64,000 nt of DNA from an uncultured actinomycete (GTDB lineage Bacteria > Actinomycetota > Acidimicrobiia > Spongiisociales > UBA5794), in the NCBI GenBank assembly GCA_942491345.1, contig CALOAN010000021.1, positions 261,355 through 325,354 of the forward strand, read 5' to 3'. The notes under the pieces were generated by a model that worked only from the letters and a program-made list of their open reading frames with translations, was not told the origin of the DNA and did no database searches. The position numbers were made by a program, and so were the translations under genes. Shown one piece after another: positions 55,449 through 63,945 of this stretch; positions within the stretch are counted from its first letter, which is position 1; every line of letters starts with the position of its first letter.

Positions 55449-56213
55449 ATGGTCTCAAAAGTTGAAGTAACCGACGCTGACTTCAGTCGACTCAGAACGT
55501 ACAACTGGGTGATGGGCGGCCTGCATCTTCTCCAGGCAGTCTTGGTCCTGGTGCTGGCAACCGACTTCACGCTGCCGGTGACCGGAACGTTCCCTGAGGG
55601 ACCCCCCGGCAGCCCCTCGGAGACGGTCACGCTGTTCGAGCTCTCGATCGCCTGGGGCGTCGCCGCCTTCTTGTTCCTCTCGGCGCTGTTCCATTTCATC
55701 GTGGCGAGTGTTGGGGCGGGCCGCTACCGCGACCAGTTGTCCCGTGGACAGAACCAGTTCCGATGGATCGAATACTCGCTGTCGTCATCGATCATGATTG
55801 TTCTCATCGCGATGCTGACGGGGATCTCCGGTATCGCCGCCATCCTTGCTCTGTTCGGGGTCAACGCCGGCATGATCTTCTTCGGATCCGTCCAGGAACG
55901 GTATGAGGCCCCCGGTGGCTCCTTGTGGCCATTCTGGCTCGGTGTGGTCCTCGGCGTGGTGCCGTGGATCGCCATCGGTATCTATCTGGTGTCCCCCGGA
56001 AGTGATGCACAGCCTCCTGGGTTCGTCTACGGAATCTTCTTCTCGTTGTTCGTGTTCTTCAACACCTTCGCTATCAACCAGTGGCTGCAGTACAAGGAGG
56101 TGGGGCGCTGGCGCAACTATCTGACCGGCGAACGCACCTACATCCTCTTGAGCCTCCTGGCGAAGAGTCTCCTTGCCTGGCAGGTCTTTGCGGGAACCCT
56201 CGCAGGGACGTAG
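55449..56213 (+). CDS. Heliorhodopsin
   Basis: Collinear with heliorhodopsin 48C12 as I remember it: GGLHLLQ, LSALFHFIV, NQFRWIEYSLSSSIMIVLIA (counterion Glu), FVYGIFFSLFVFFN, SLLAKSLLAWQVFAGTL (Schiff-base Lys). Confidence 0.9.
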   Translation: MVSKVEVTDADFSRLRTYNWVMGGLHLLQAVLVLVLATDFTLPVTGTFPEGPPGSPSETVTLFELSIAWGVAAFLFLSALFHFIVASVGAGRYRDQLSRGQNQFRWIEYSLSSSIMIVLIAMLTGISGIAAILALFGVNAGMIFFGSVQERYEAPGGSLWPFWLGVVLGVVPWIAIGIYLVSPGSDAQPPGFVYGIFFSLFVFFNTFAINQWLQYKEVGRWRNYLTGERTYILLSLLAKSLLAWQVFAGTLAGT

Positions 56214-56266
56214 GAGCACAGACCCGAGCAGGACGGGGACGACAACGCAGGGGCCGAGAGGACGCG

Positions 56267-56302
56267 GAGAAGGGGCCGGCTGACTGGCACCGGCCCCTTC
56301 TC
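56267..56302. terminator. Bidirectional terminator hairpin between the heliorhodopsin and fasciclin genes
   Basis: GAGAAGGGGCCGG-10 nt-CCGGCCCCTTCTC followed by tcctatct. Confidence 0.65.
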
Positions 56303-56345
56303 TCCTATCTCCGGTGCGGGTGAATGGGCCCCGCAACGGTGACTG

Positions 56346-57416
56346 TTAGCTCGCCGGAACGAGCACTGCGTCGATGACGTGGATGACGCCGTTGCTGGCC
56401 AGCACGTCGGCCGTGACGACGGTTGCCACGTCGTTGATCACGACACTTCCGTCGACCACTGCGATCGCCACGGTGTTCTCCTCGTAGAGCGTGGGGACGT
56501 CCGCAGGAGCGATCTCGATGACGTCGGCGGCCAGGAACTCGCCGCTCACCACGTGGTACAACAGGATGTTGGCCAGGTCGGGATTGGCAAGGAGCTCTTC
56601 GGCGGTCACACCGAGTTCTTCGAGCAGTGCTGCGAAGGCTTCGTCAGTGGGAGCGAAGACCGTGAACGGACCTTCGCCGTTGAGCGCGTCAACCAAACCG
56701 GCGGTCTCGAGTGCTGCGAGGAGCACAGTGAACTGTGCCGGGTCGCCGGCGGCCGCTTCGACGACGGTCTCGGAGATCGTCAGCTCCATGGCCTCGGTGG
56801 TCGTGGTCATTGCTTCGGTTGTGGTGGTGGTCTCTTCTTCCATAGGTTCTTCGGCCATGGCTACGCCGAGGGCTTCGGCGATGTCCGGCGGAAGCAGGAC
56901 GCCGTCGATGACGTGCACGATGCCGTTGTCGGCGATGAGGTCGGCAGAGACGACCGTCGCTTCGTTGATCATGATCTGACCGTCGACGACGCTGATGGCG
57001 ACTTCCTGGGGGTTAAGGGTGGCAACAGAGCTGCCATCGAGGGTCGCGACCAACTGCGAGTCGGCCTCCTGGCCCAGTACGTGATAGAGGAGGATCGCCG
57101 TGAGCGTCTCCGTGTCGGCGAGCAGTTCTTCGGCTGTGATGCCGAGCGCCTCGAACGCGGCTTCGAAAGCGGCGTCGGTGGGTGCAAGAACTGTGAACGG
57201 GCCCTCACCCTGCAGGGTCTCGCTGAGACCGGCTGCATCGATGGCCGCAATGAGCGTCGAGAACTGACCGGCTTCAATCGCGAGATCAAGTACCGAAGTG
57301 TCCGCTACGGGTTCCGCCGCGGTCGTTGTGGTTGTATCGTCGCTGTCGCTGCTGCACGCTGCCACGATCATGGCGAAGGCAAGCAGGAGAGCGAAGAACG
57401 AAAGTCGTTTCCTCAT
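56346..57416 (-). CDS. Lipoprotein with two fasciclin (FAS1) domains
   Basis: Lipobox VAAC. The pattern GPFTV(L/F)APTD(A/E)AF...H(V)V/IDGVLLP/IDAVLVP occurs twice. Confidence 0.85.
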   Translation of the reverse strand: MRKRLSFFALLLAFAMIVAACSSDSDDTTTTTAAEPVADTSVLDLAIEAGQFSTLIAAIDAAGLSETLQGEGPFTVLAPTDAAFEAAFEALGITAEELLADTETLTAILLYHVLGQEADSQLVATLDGSSVATLNPQEVAISVVDGQIMINEATVVSADLIADNGIVHVIDGVLLPPDIAEALGVAMAEEPMEEETTTTTEAMTTTTEAMELTISETVVEAAAGDPAQFTVLLAALETAGLVDALNGEGPFTVFAPTDEAFAALLEELGVTAEELLANPDLANILLYHVVSGEFLAADVIEIAPADVPTLYEENTVAIAVVDGSVVINDVATVVTADVLASNGVIHVIDAVLVPAS

Positions 57417-57437
57417 GAAATTGATGTCCTTTCAGAC

Positions 57438-57449
57438 TTACTAATAAAT
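57438..57449. promoter_or_regulatory. AT-rich box 1 (TTACTAATAAAT) in a divergent promoter region
   Basis: Near-identical copy at 57566-57577. A TCTGCActcTGCAGA inverted repeat is adjacent (57450-57464). Confidence 0.3.
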
Positions 57450-57565
57450 CTGCACTCTGCAGACATCGGATATACGAAGCAGGTGTCGCGGTTGGATGAC
57501 GGGAGACTCGATTCTTGACCGTTCTCGCCAGAAGGTGTTTCTCGTGACGGGCCCAACCTGCTATC

Positions 57566-57577
57566 TTACTACTAAAT
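57566..57577. promoter_or_regulatory. AT-rich box 2 (TTACTACTAAAT) abutting the regulator start
   Basis: 11/12 identity with box 1. Such AT-rich 12-mers are rare in this GC-rich sequence. Confidence 0.3.
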
Positions 57578-57579
57578 GG

Positions 57580-58407
57580 ATGACACGAAACCCGAAGAAG
57601 CTGAGCCTGCACGAGGTCGCCGAGATCCTCGACGTGCACTACATGACCGCGTACCGGTATGTCCGGTTGGGAATCCTCCCTGCGCGACGCGAAGGTCGGA
57701 GCTGGCGAATTCATCGCGACGACCTCGATGAGTATCTCTCGAAGGATGAGCCCCGCACGCAACGGGGTGAGGCCGACTGGGGCGACCGCTTCTTCAATCG
57801 AGTCCTCGCCGCCGACGAGGCAGGGGCGTGGGGGGTTGTCGAAGCGGCGCTCAGCTCCGGGATGACGATTCCCGAGGCGTATCCCACCCTGCTCGCTCCG
57901 ACGATGCGTCGTATCGGCGAGCTGTGGGCGACCGGCGAGGTCGATATCGCGAACGAGCACGCCGCCTCAGAGGTGGTATCGAGGATCGTCGCGAGACTCG
58001 GACCGCGTCTGGCACGTCGCGGGGTTCGGCGGGGTACCGTGGTGCTCGGTTCGACGGCGACCGAACTCCATTCGCTTCCGCTTGCCATGGCGACAGATCT
58101 CTTCCGAGCCGCGCAGTTCGAGGTCGTGGACCTCGGCGCCTATCTTCCGCCCAAGTCTTTCGCTGCATTTGTTGCCGACATAGATGACCTTGTTGCCGTC
58201 GGAGTCGGCGTGACCATGCCCGGTCAGGCGGACGAAATCCGCAAAACGCTCGTCGCCATCCGTAACGTCACCGACGTCCCGATTGTCATCGGCGGTGGCG
58301 GGGTTGATGAGGCAGCCGCACTCGAGCTCGGTGCCGACGGGTGGGCTCAAACCGGAGACGAGGCAGTTGAGCTGGTGGAGGCGTTGCTCGAGCCCTTCAA
58401 AGCCTGA
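57580..58407 (+). CDS. CarH/LitR-like B12-binding photoreceptor-regulator with excisionase-type HTH
   Basis: N-terminus LSLHEVAEILDVHYMTAYRYVRLGILPARREGRSWRI (HTH_17-like). Helical bundle with W-x9-EH (WATGEVDIANEH). Rossmann B12 domain LGSTATELHSLPL...VGVGVTM...IVIGGGG. Confidence 0.8.
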   Translation: MTRNPKKLSLHEVAEILDVHYMTAYRYVRLGILPARREGRSWRIHRDDLDEYLSKDEPRTQRGEADWGDRFFNRVLAADEAGAWGVVEAALSSGMTIPEAYPTLLAPTMRRIGELWATGEVDIANEHAASEVVSRIVARLGPRLARRGVRRGTVVLGSTATELHSLPLAMATDLFRAAQFEVVDLGAYLPPKSFAAFVADIDDLVAVGVGVTMPGQADEIRKTLVAIRNVTDVPIVIGGGGVDEAAALELGADGWAQTGDEAVELVEALLEPFKA

Positions 58408-58428
58408 GTTGGTGCGACCGACAACCGC

Positions 58429-59653
58429 TCAGAGTGCGATGGCCGGCGGCGGTTCAGCGATTCCGGGCTTCCGGTAGACCGCCTGAACTCCGTCGATCCG
58501 CCCGCTCCGGAACCCGGCGATGCAGTACGCCAAGTAGTAGCGCCACATCCGATAGAAGCGCTCGTCGAACCGATCCGACTGCGGCGATTTCCGGCCACGC
58601 GGCAACGAAGCGCTCGTCCCACGCTTGGAGCGTTCGTGCGTAGCTGGTCCCGTGGGTCGACAGGCCGATCCATTCGAGGCCGGCGTTGTCGCCGAGCCGG
58701 CGAAGGATCTTGGTCGAGGGGAGTGCACCACCCGGGAAGATGTAGGAGCGGATGAACTCCTCGCGGCCGATCATCTGGAGGTGGAGATCATGGTCGATGG
58801 TGATGACCTGGAGGGCAGCGGAACCTCCTGGAACGAGTGAGCGGCTGATGACGTCGTACAGATCGACCCAGGCTTCTTCGTTGATCGACTCGATCATCTC
58901 GATCGAGATCACCCGGTCGAACTCGCCTTCGATGTCCCGGAAGTCGGTCAACAGAACCTCGACACGATCCTCGAGGCCCGCCTCCTTCATTCGCCGGACC
59001 ACGTAGTCGTGCTGCTCGTGCGAGATCGTGACCGCGGTGACGGTGCATCCCAGCTCGCCTGCGGCAAACTCCGCCATCGCTCCCCACCCACACCCGATCT
59101 CGAGGACGCGGTCGCCGGGTTGGATCCCGGCACGAGCGGCGATGCGTTCGTACTTGGTACGCATCGCCGACTCGAGGTCGTCGCCGTTGCTGAAGATGCC
59201 GGATGAGTAGCTCATCGACGGGTCGAGCCAGGCCGCGTAGAACTCATTGCCGAGGTCGTAGTGCTCGACCATCGTGCGGACTGCGGTTGTCCCGGTGGAG
59301 CCTCGCAGGCGATCCCATGCGGTCCGAGAAGTCCGCATCGCTGTTTCCCACACGGCGGTATGGCGTCGGCGGTCGTGGTTGTCGGCTGCGAACTCGAGAA
59401 GCCTCGCGAGGTCGGTCGTGTCCCACAGTCCGTCGATGTAGGCCTCGGCGAAGCCGACACCACCGGTGCGCAGCACGCGGCGCGCCACGGCGTCGGCGTC
59501 GTGGATGCTGATCGACGCTTCGAGTCCGGGCTTCGAACCCACGATGTCAACCGTCGAGCCTTCGACGTCGGCATGCAGGGTGCCGGCGCGCACAAGACGG
59601 CGCAGCACCGTTGGCATGCTGCGTACGAGTCGGGATGGTGCTTCGTCGGTCAT
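58429..59653 (-). pseudogene. Cyclopropane-fatty-acyl-phospholipid-synthase-family SAM methyltransferase, C-terminus frameshifted near 58570-58590
   Basis: VLEIGCGWGAMAEFAA (SAM motif). The main frame ends in non-family sequence, and the conserved tail FDERFYRMWRYYLAYCIAGFRSGRIDGVQAVYRKP is in ORF 58429-58731. Length is 1 mod 3. Confidence 0.8.
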
Positions 59654-60429
59654 GCGGCCATTTTGGTCGCGACCGAGACCTCGTCAACCGGCGCGGCGGG
59701 ACGCTTCCGATATCGGGCGCCCTTGACCCAGAGTTTGGCGGCCTCCCAATGGATGGCGGCCATGATCTTGAACGTGATCAGCGGATACCGCACGGTGGCA
59801 CCGAGCAGGCTCTTCGACGTCAGCGGCACGCGTCGACCGGCGAGTGTTGCTGTGAATACGGTCTCGTCTTCGACTTCGTAGGTGATCACCACGGAGATTC
59901 GGTCGGCGGGTTGTGAGATGCGCACGCGGTATCCGCCTTCGACGTCGAAGAACGGAGAGACGAAGAACTCCTTGCGGAATCCGTGTTTGTGGTGGTCGCT
60001 CTCGTCGACTTCGACGAGGTGGGAGTGGGCTTCGCCGAACGTGTTGTGGATCTCGTAGAGGATCCAGCGTGGAGCACCTCTCGCGTCATCGATGAACCAC
60101 ACCGTGAGGGGGTTGAACTCGTATCCGGCGATCCTGGGCAGGCACAGCAGGCGAATCCGGCCGGGAGTTCCGTCGAATCCTGACGTGTTCAGCTTCGCTG
60201 TGATCCACTCCCGCAGGTTGCCACCGTCGCGTGCCCCGTGGTCCTGGTCGAAGAAGCTGATGAGGTTGGTCCTGTTGTGTGAGAAGAACGGCATATGCGC
60301 CAGCTCATCGAGTTCGTCGAGATCAACGAGCAGCGAGAAGAGACCGTATTGGAGGCGGTGCTCGAACGGCTTGCGGCGGACGTGCGTCGTGGTGCCTTCG
60401 TAGATCGCGGAGTTGGTTGCGGCTTTCAT
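59650..60429 (-). CDS. DUF1365 family protein
   Basis: IYEGTTTHVRRKPFEHRLQYGLFSLLVDLDEL...GYEFNPLTVWF. ATGA overlaps on both sides. Confidence 0.8.
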   Translation of the reverse strand: MKAATNSAIYEGTTTHVRRKPFEHRLQYGLFSLLVDLDELDELAHMPFFSHNRTNLISFFDQDHGARDGGNLREWITAKLNTSGFDGTPGRIRLLCLPRIAGYEFNPLTVWFIDDARGAPRWILYEIHNTFGEAHSHLVEVDESDHHKHGFRKEFFVSPFFDVEGGYRVRISQPADRISVVITYEVEDETVFTATLAGRRVPLTSKSLLGATVRYPLITFKIMAAIHWEAAKLWVKGARYRKRPAAPVDEVSVATKMAA

Positions 60430-61742
60430 ACCTGAACCAGCGTATCCGCCGGCGCGCTGTGAATCGCGGCCGGAGTGGCGGGGGTGATGTCGTCGTGCCA
60501 CGGGGCAGGTGAGCCGAGGGCTGCCGCCACCGTGAGGCCCGACTGCAATCCGTCCTCATGGAACCCATACCCGGTCCATGCGCCGCAGTACCAGATTCCG
60601 TCCCGACCCTGGATCTCCGGCAGGCGCTGCTGCGCCCGGTCGGTGTCCGGATTGAACTGCGGATGTGCGTACCAGATGTCGTCGATGATGTTCTCCGGAT
60701 CCTGTGCAGGATTGAGCGAGATGAACACGTCGTGGTTTGGGTCGAGGTTCTGAAGGCGGTTCATCCAGTACGTCACCGAAATCGGCTGCGCCGAACCTGC
60801 CGGGGTGCCGACGGCGTTCCATGCCGACCACGCGGCCCTGCGACGCGGCATCACGGATGGATCGCGATGTACCACCGCACGATTGGGGGCATATCGGAAC
60901 GTGCCGAGGATGGAGCGTTCGTCGTCGCGTACATCGTCGCCGCGGAGACGGAGTGTCTGCGGGGCGTGGGTGGCCATCACCACCTCGTCGTACCGTTCGG
61001 AACCCTCCGGTGTGGTGACCTCGACTCCACCGTCGACGCGCCGGACGGCGGTGACTTCGACGCCGGTGCGTACCACAGGAATCTCTTTGGCGATGCGCTC
61101 GACATACTCGCGACTGCCTCCGGTGACGGTCCGCCAACGCGGCCGCTCGAGTTCGAAGAGGCCGTGATTGGCGAGGAAGTGCAGGAACGTGCCGACCGGC
61201 ATGGATGCTGCATCGGTACCCGCGCCGGACCAGACCGCTGCGGCGAGAGGGAGGAGGTAGTCCGTGATGAACGGCTCGGGATAGTCGCCATCCCGCAGGA
61301 ACTCGATGAGTGTGGCATTGGGATTCGGGATGCTGTCGTAGGCGCCCACCTGCTTGCGGAACCGGTTGATGCCGCGAAGGATCGCCCACGTGCGACGCGA
61401 TGCGAGGTGCTGGGGACTAGAAAGCAGCGCACCAGGCGTTGGTGCGAATTCGAAGCGGCCGCTCTTCACCGAGAACGACATGTCGGTTGCCTCGGTCGCT
61501 ACGCCGAGCGTTTCGAAGAGATGCGTGAGGTTCGGGTAGTTGCGGTGGTTGAAGACGATGAAACCCGTGTCGACCGGTGCCAGCTGTTCGCCCATGGTCA
61601 CGTCGATGGTTCGGGCGTGTCCGCCCAGGCGAGCTTCGCGCTCGAGCAGCGTGACATGGTGGTTTTGGCCCAGCGCCCAGGCGGCGCCGAGGCCGGTGAC
61701 GCCCGATCCGATGACGGCGATCTTCTTCGATGTGGTTCTCAT
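60426..61742 (-). CDS. NAD/FAD-binding oxidoreductase (amine-oxidase/COG2907 type)
   Basis: KIAVIGSGVTGLGAAWAL...LLEREARLGGHA dinucleotide fold. The start is either 61742 (ATG) or 61763 (GTG). Confidence 0.8.
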   Translation of the reverse strand: MRTTSKKIAVIGSGVTGLGAAWALGQNHHVTLLEREARLGGHARTIDVTMGEQLAPVDTGFIVFNHRNYPNLTHLFETLGVATEATDMSFSVKSGRFEFAPTPGALLSSPQHLASRRTWAILRGINRFRKQVGAYDSIPNPNATLIEFLRDGDYPEPFITDYLLPLAAAVWSGAGTDAASMPVGTFLHFLANHGLFELERPRWRTVTGGSREYVERIAKEIPVVRTGVEVTAVRRVDGGVEVTTPEGSERYDEVVMATHAPQTLRLRGDDVRDDERSILGTFRYAPNRAVVHRDPSVMPRRRAAWSAWNAVGTPAGSAQPISVTYWMNRLQNLDPNHDVFISLNPAQDPENIIDDIWYAHPQFNPDTDRAQQRLPEIQGRDGIWYCGAWTGYGFHEDGLQSGLTVAAALGSPAPWHDDITPATPAAIHSAPADTLVQV

Positions 61743-61847
61743 GACGCTAGGAGTACGGACCACATCGGGAATGCGGATGACCGGTCATCCGGATGCCGGG
61801 CGAGATCCGAAGATGGGGTATCACCAACCGAGATCTGAAAGGCCACC

Positions 61848-62309
61848 ATGCCCGTCATCACCGAATCCGTAGAAACCGATCTTCACATCGAAGCCACCTT
61901 CGACTATGTGGCTGACTTTGAGAACATCGTTGAGTGGGACCCAGGGGTGACCGCCGTTCGAAAGATGTCCGACGGCCCTGCCGCCGTGGGAACCGCATAC
62001 GAACTCAACCTGAACTACGGAGGGTCACCTCTGTCCATGGTGTACCGCATCACGGAGTGGGATCCTCCCCGGAGAGTGGTGCTCGAAGGCGACGGTTCCC
62101 GGAGTTTTGCGATCGATCGGATCTCGTTCTTGCCAACGGCGACGGGGACCGTAGTCGAGTATCAGGCCGACATTCGCCTGAAGGGCGTCTACCGCGCCGC
62201 TGAACCGTTCCTCGGAAAACTCTTCCGCAGAGTTGGCGATGGCGCCCGCGAGGGCATGGAAAACCGCCTTCGGGAACTTGCAGCAGAAGCAGCAGAAGAG
62301 GGCAACTGA
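61848..62309 (+). CDS. SRPBCC (START/polyketide-cyclase-like) protein
   Basis: The size and the pattern FDYVADFENIVEWDPGV...YRITEWDPPRRVVLEG are typical of SRPBCC ligand-binding proteins. Confidence 0.7.
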   Translation: MPVITESVETDLHIEATFDYVADFENIVEWDPGVTAVRKMSDGPAAVGTAYELNLNYGGSPLSMVYRITEWDPPRRVVLEGDGSRSFAIDRISFLPTATGTVVEYQADIRLKGVYRAAEPFLGKLFRRVGDGAREGMENRLRELAAEAAEEGN

Positions 62310-63287
62310 TGGCTCTGACCACCGATGGGGTGCTCGAGGGATCGATCGTCGGGAGTTTCACGAATTTCGGCTACCGGATTCGGAGCCGGGACTGGGAGGA
62401 TTCACTCGCAGAGATGCCCGGCGCGACTGCCGTCATCACAGGGGCTACCTCCGGGATCGGGCTCGCGGCGGCGAAACGAATGGCCGGCCTCGGTGCTCGT
62501 GTCGTTCTGATTGGTCGCAATACCCAGAAGCTCGAGGCGGCGGTGAAGGAAGTGTCTGCCGATGCGGAGAACGAAGCCGTCGGCTATCAGGCGGACCTGT
62601 CCTCGCTCGATGAGGTCCGTCGGCTTGCCGATGAACTCCTGGCGGGGGAGGAGCGGATCGACGTACTCGTCAACAACGTGTCCGTCCTGGCTCCCGAACG
62701 GACGATGAGCGTCGACGGATTCGAACTGACGCTCGCCACCAACCTCCTGGGCGCCTTTCTCCTCACGAACCTGCTGATTCCCCGAATGGTGAAGAGCGCA
62801 CCCGCACGGATCATCACGGTGTCGTCCGGCGGCATGTACACCGAGGGCCTCGATATCTCCGGCTTGGAGATGAACGCCGAGGAATATGCGGGTGCCGCCG
62901 CGTATGCCCGCACGAAACGGGCGCAGGTGATCCTCACGGAACTCTGGGCCGATCTGCTGGCAGGGACTGGTGTGGTTGCTCACTCGATGCATCCCGGCTG
63001 GGTGAACACACCCGGTGTCGCCGCCTCACTCCCGACGTTTCCGCCGAGTTATGGGCCCGCTGCTGCGTAATGCGGATCAAGGAGCCGACACGATCGTCTG
63101 GCTGTCGGCCGATTCGGATGCACTGGAGTCTTCGGGGGATTTCTGGATGGACCGACTGCCGCGTTCGAAACATCGGTTGAAGCGGACTGAAGCTGGAGAC
63201 GCCGAGACCGATCTCCTTTGGGAGTTCCTCAGCGATGCTACCGGCTGGGTTCCGCCCGACGGGTGGCCGAATTCAGAGAGTTCCTGA
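62309..63287 (+). pseudogene. Short-chain dehydrogenase (retinol-dehydrogenase-like SDR), frameshifted near 63041
   Basis: TGATSGIGLAAA, NNVSV, YARTK (YxxxK). After ...ASLPTF the family-typical tail RRVMGPLLRNADQGADTIVWLSA... continues in ORF 63015-63287. Length is 1 mod 3. Confidence 0.75.
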
Positions 63288-63718
63288 TGGCGATGGTCGT
63301 GGTCGAGATCGATCTGCCGTTTCCGGTCTCAGAGGTGTGGGACGAGCTTTCGAAACTCGAGCGCCACGCCGACTGGATGATGGACGCGGAGCGGATCGAC
63401 TTTGCAAGCGGACAGACGCGCGGGGTCGGGACCGAGATGAAGGTACGCACTCGTGTAGGCCCGTTCGTGACCGAAGATGTCATCGAGGTCCGCGAGTGGA
63501 CCGAGGGGAAGAGTATCGGCGTCTCGCACCGCGGACTCGTCACCGGCGTTGGTGTGTTCATCCTCACCCCAATCGAAGGCGGGACCCGCTTCGTCTGGTG
63601 GGAAGACCTGGAGTTCCCGTGGTACCTCGGTGGCCCCATCACCGCCTGGTTCGCCGCCCCCGTCCTGAAGTGGATCTGGAAAGGCAACCTGAACCGGTTC
63701 GCAAAGACGCTGAGGTAG
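63287..63718 (+). CDS. SRPBCC family protein
   Basis: MAMVVVEIDLPFPVSEVWDELSKLERHADWM.... The start overlaps the SDR stop by 1 nt. Confidence 0.7.
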   Translation: MAMVVVEIDLPFPVSEVWDELSKLERHADWMMDAERIDFASGQTRGVGTEMKVRTRVGPFVTEDVIEVREWTEGKSIGVSHRGLVTGVGVFILTPIEGGTRFVWWEDLEFPWYLGGPITAWFAAPVLKWIWKGNLNRFAKTLR

Positions 63719-63745
63719 AGCCGGTCGCTCGTCGGTTCCGGCGGC

Positions 63746-63945
63746 GGACCTCATTGTCGTGATTCTGGGTCCCAGAGCCCCCTCTGCGACCAAGCATCAG
63801 CTTGGCCGCGTCTCCCCCACCTGACGGTGGGAGAGACGAAGACAGTCTTTGCCCCACCACGCAGTGGGGGGGAGGCGCGTCCCGGGCAATTGCCCGGACG
63901 CGGAGGGGGCTGTTCTTGCCGCAAGGCCGGAGTGCAGAGGAGGGG
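63746..63945. repeat. GC-rich mosaic element copy with terminal inverted repeats
   Basis: gacctcattgtcgtgattc...AGCCCCCTCTGCG ... H1 hairpin 63809-63838 ... AAGACaGTCTT ... CGTCCcGGGCAATTGCCCGGACG ... CGCGGAGGGGGCT (ends 63911). The right boundary is approximate and may run to the window edge. Confidence 0.75.

Noticed and set aside
57576-57728. Alternative ATG at 57576 opening a 50-codon ORF in front of the CarH-like gene
   Set aside because: The frame gives Arg/Pro-rich sequence with no HTH. The ATG at 57580 gives the excisionase-type HTH contiguous with the B12 domains.
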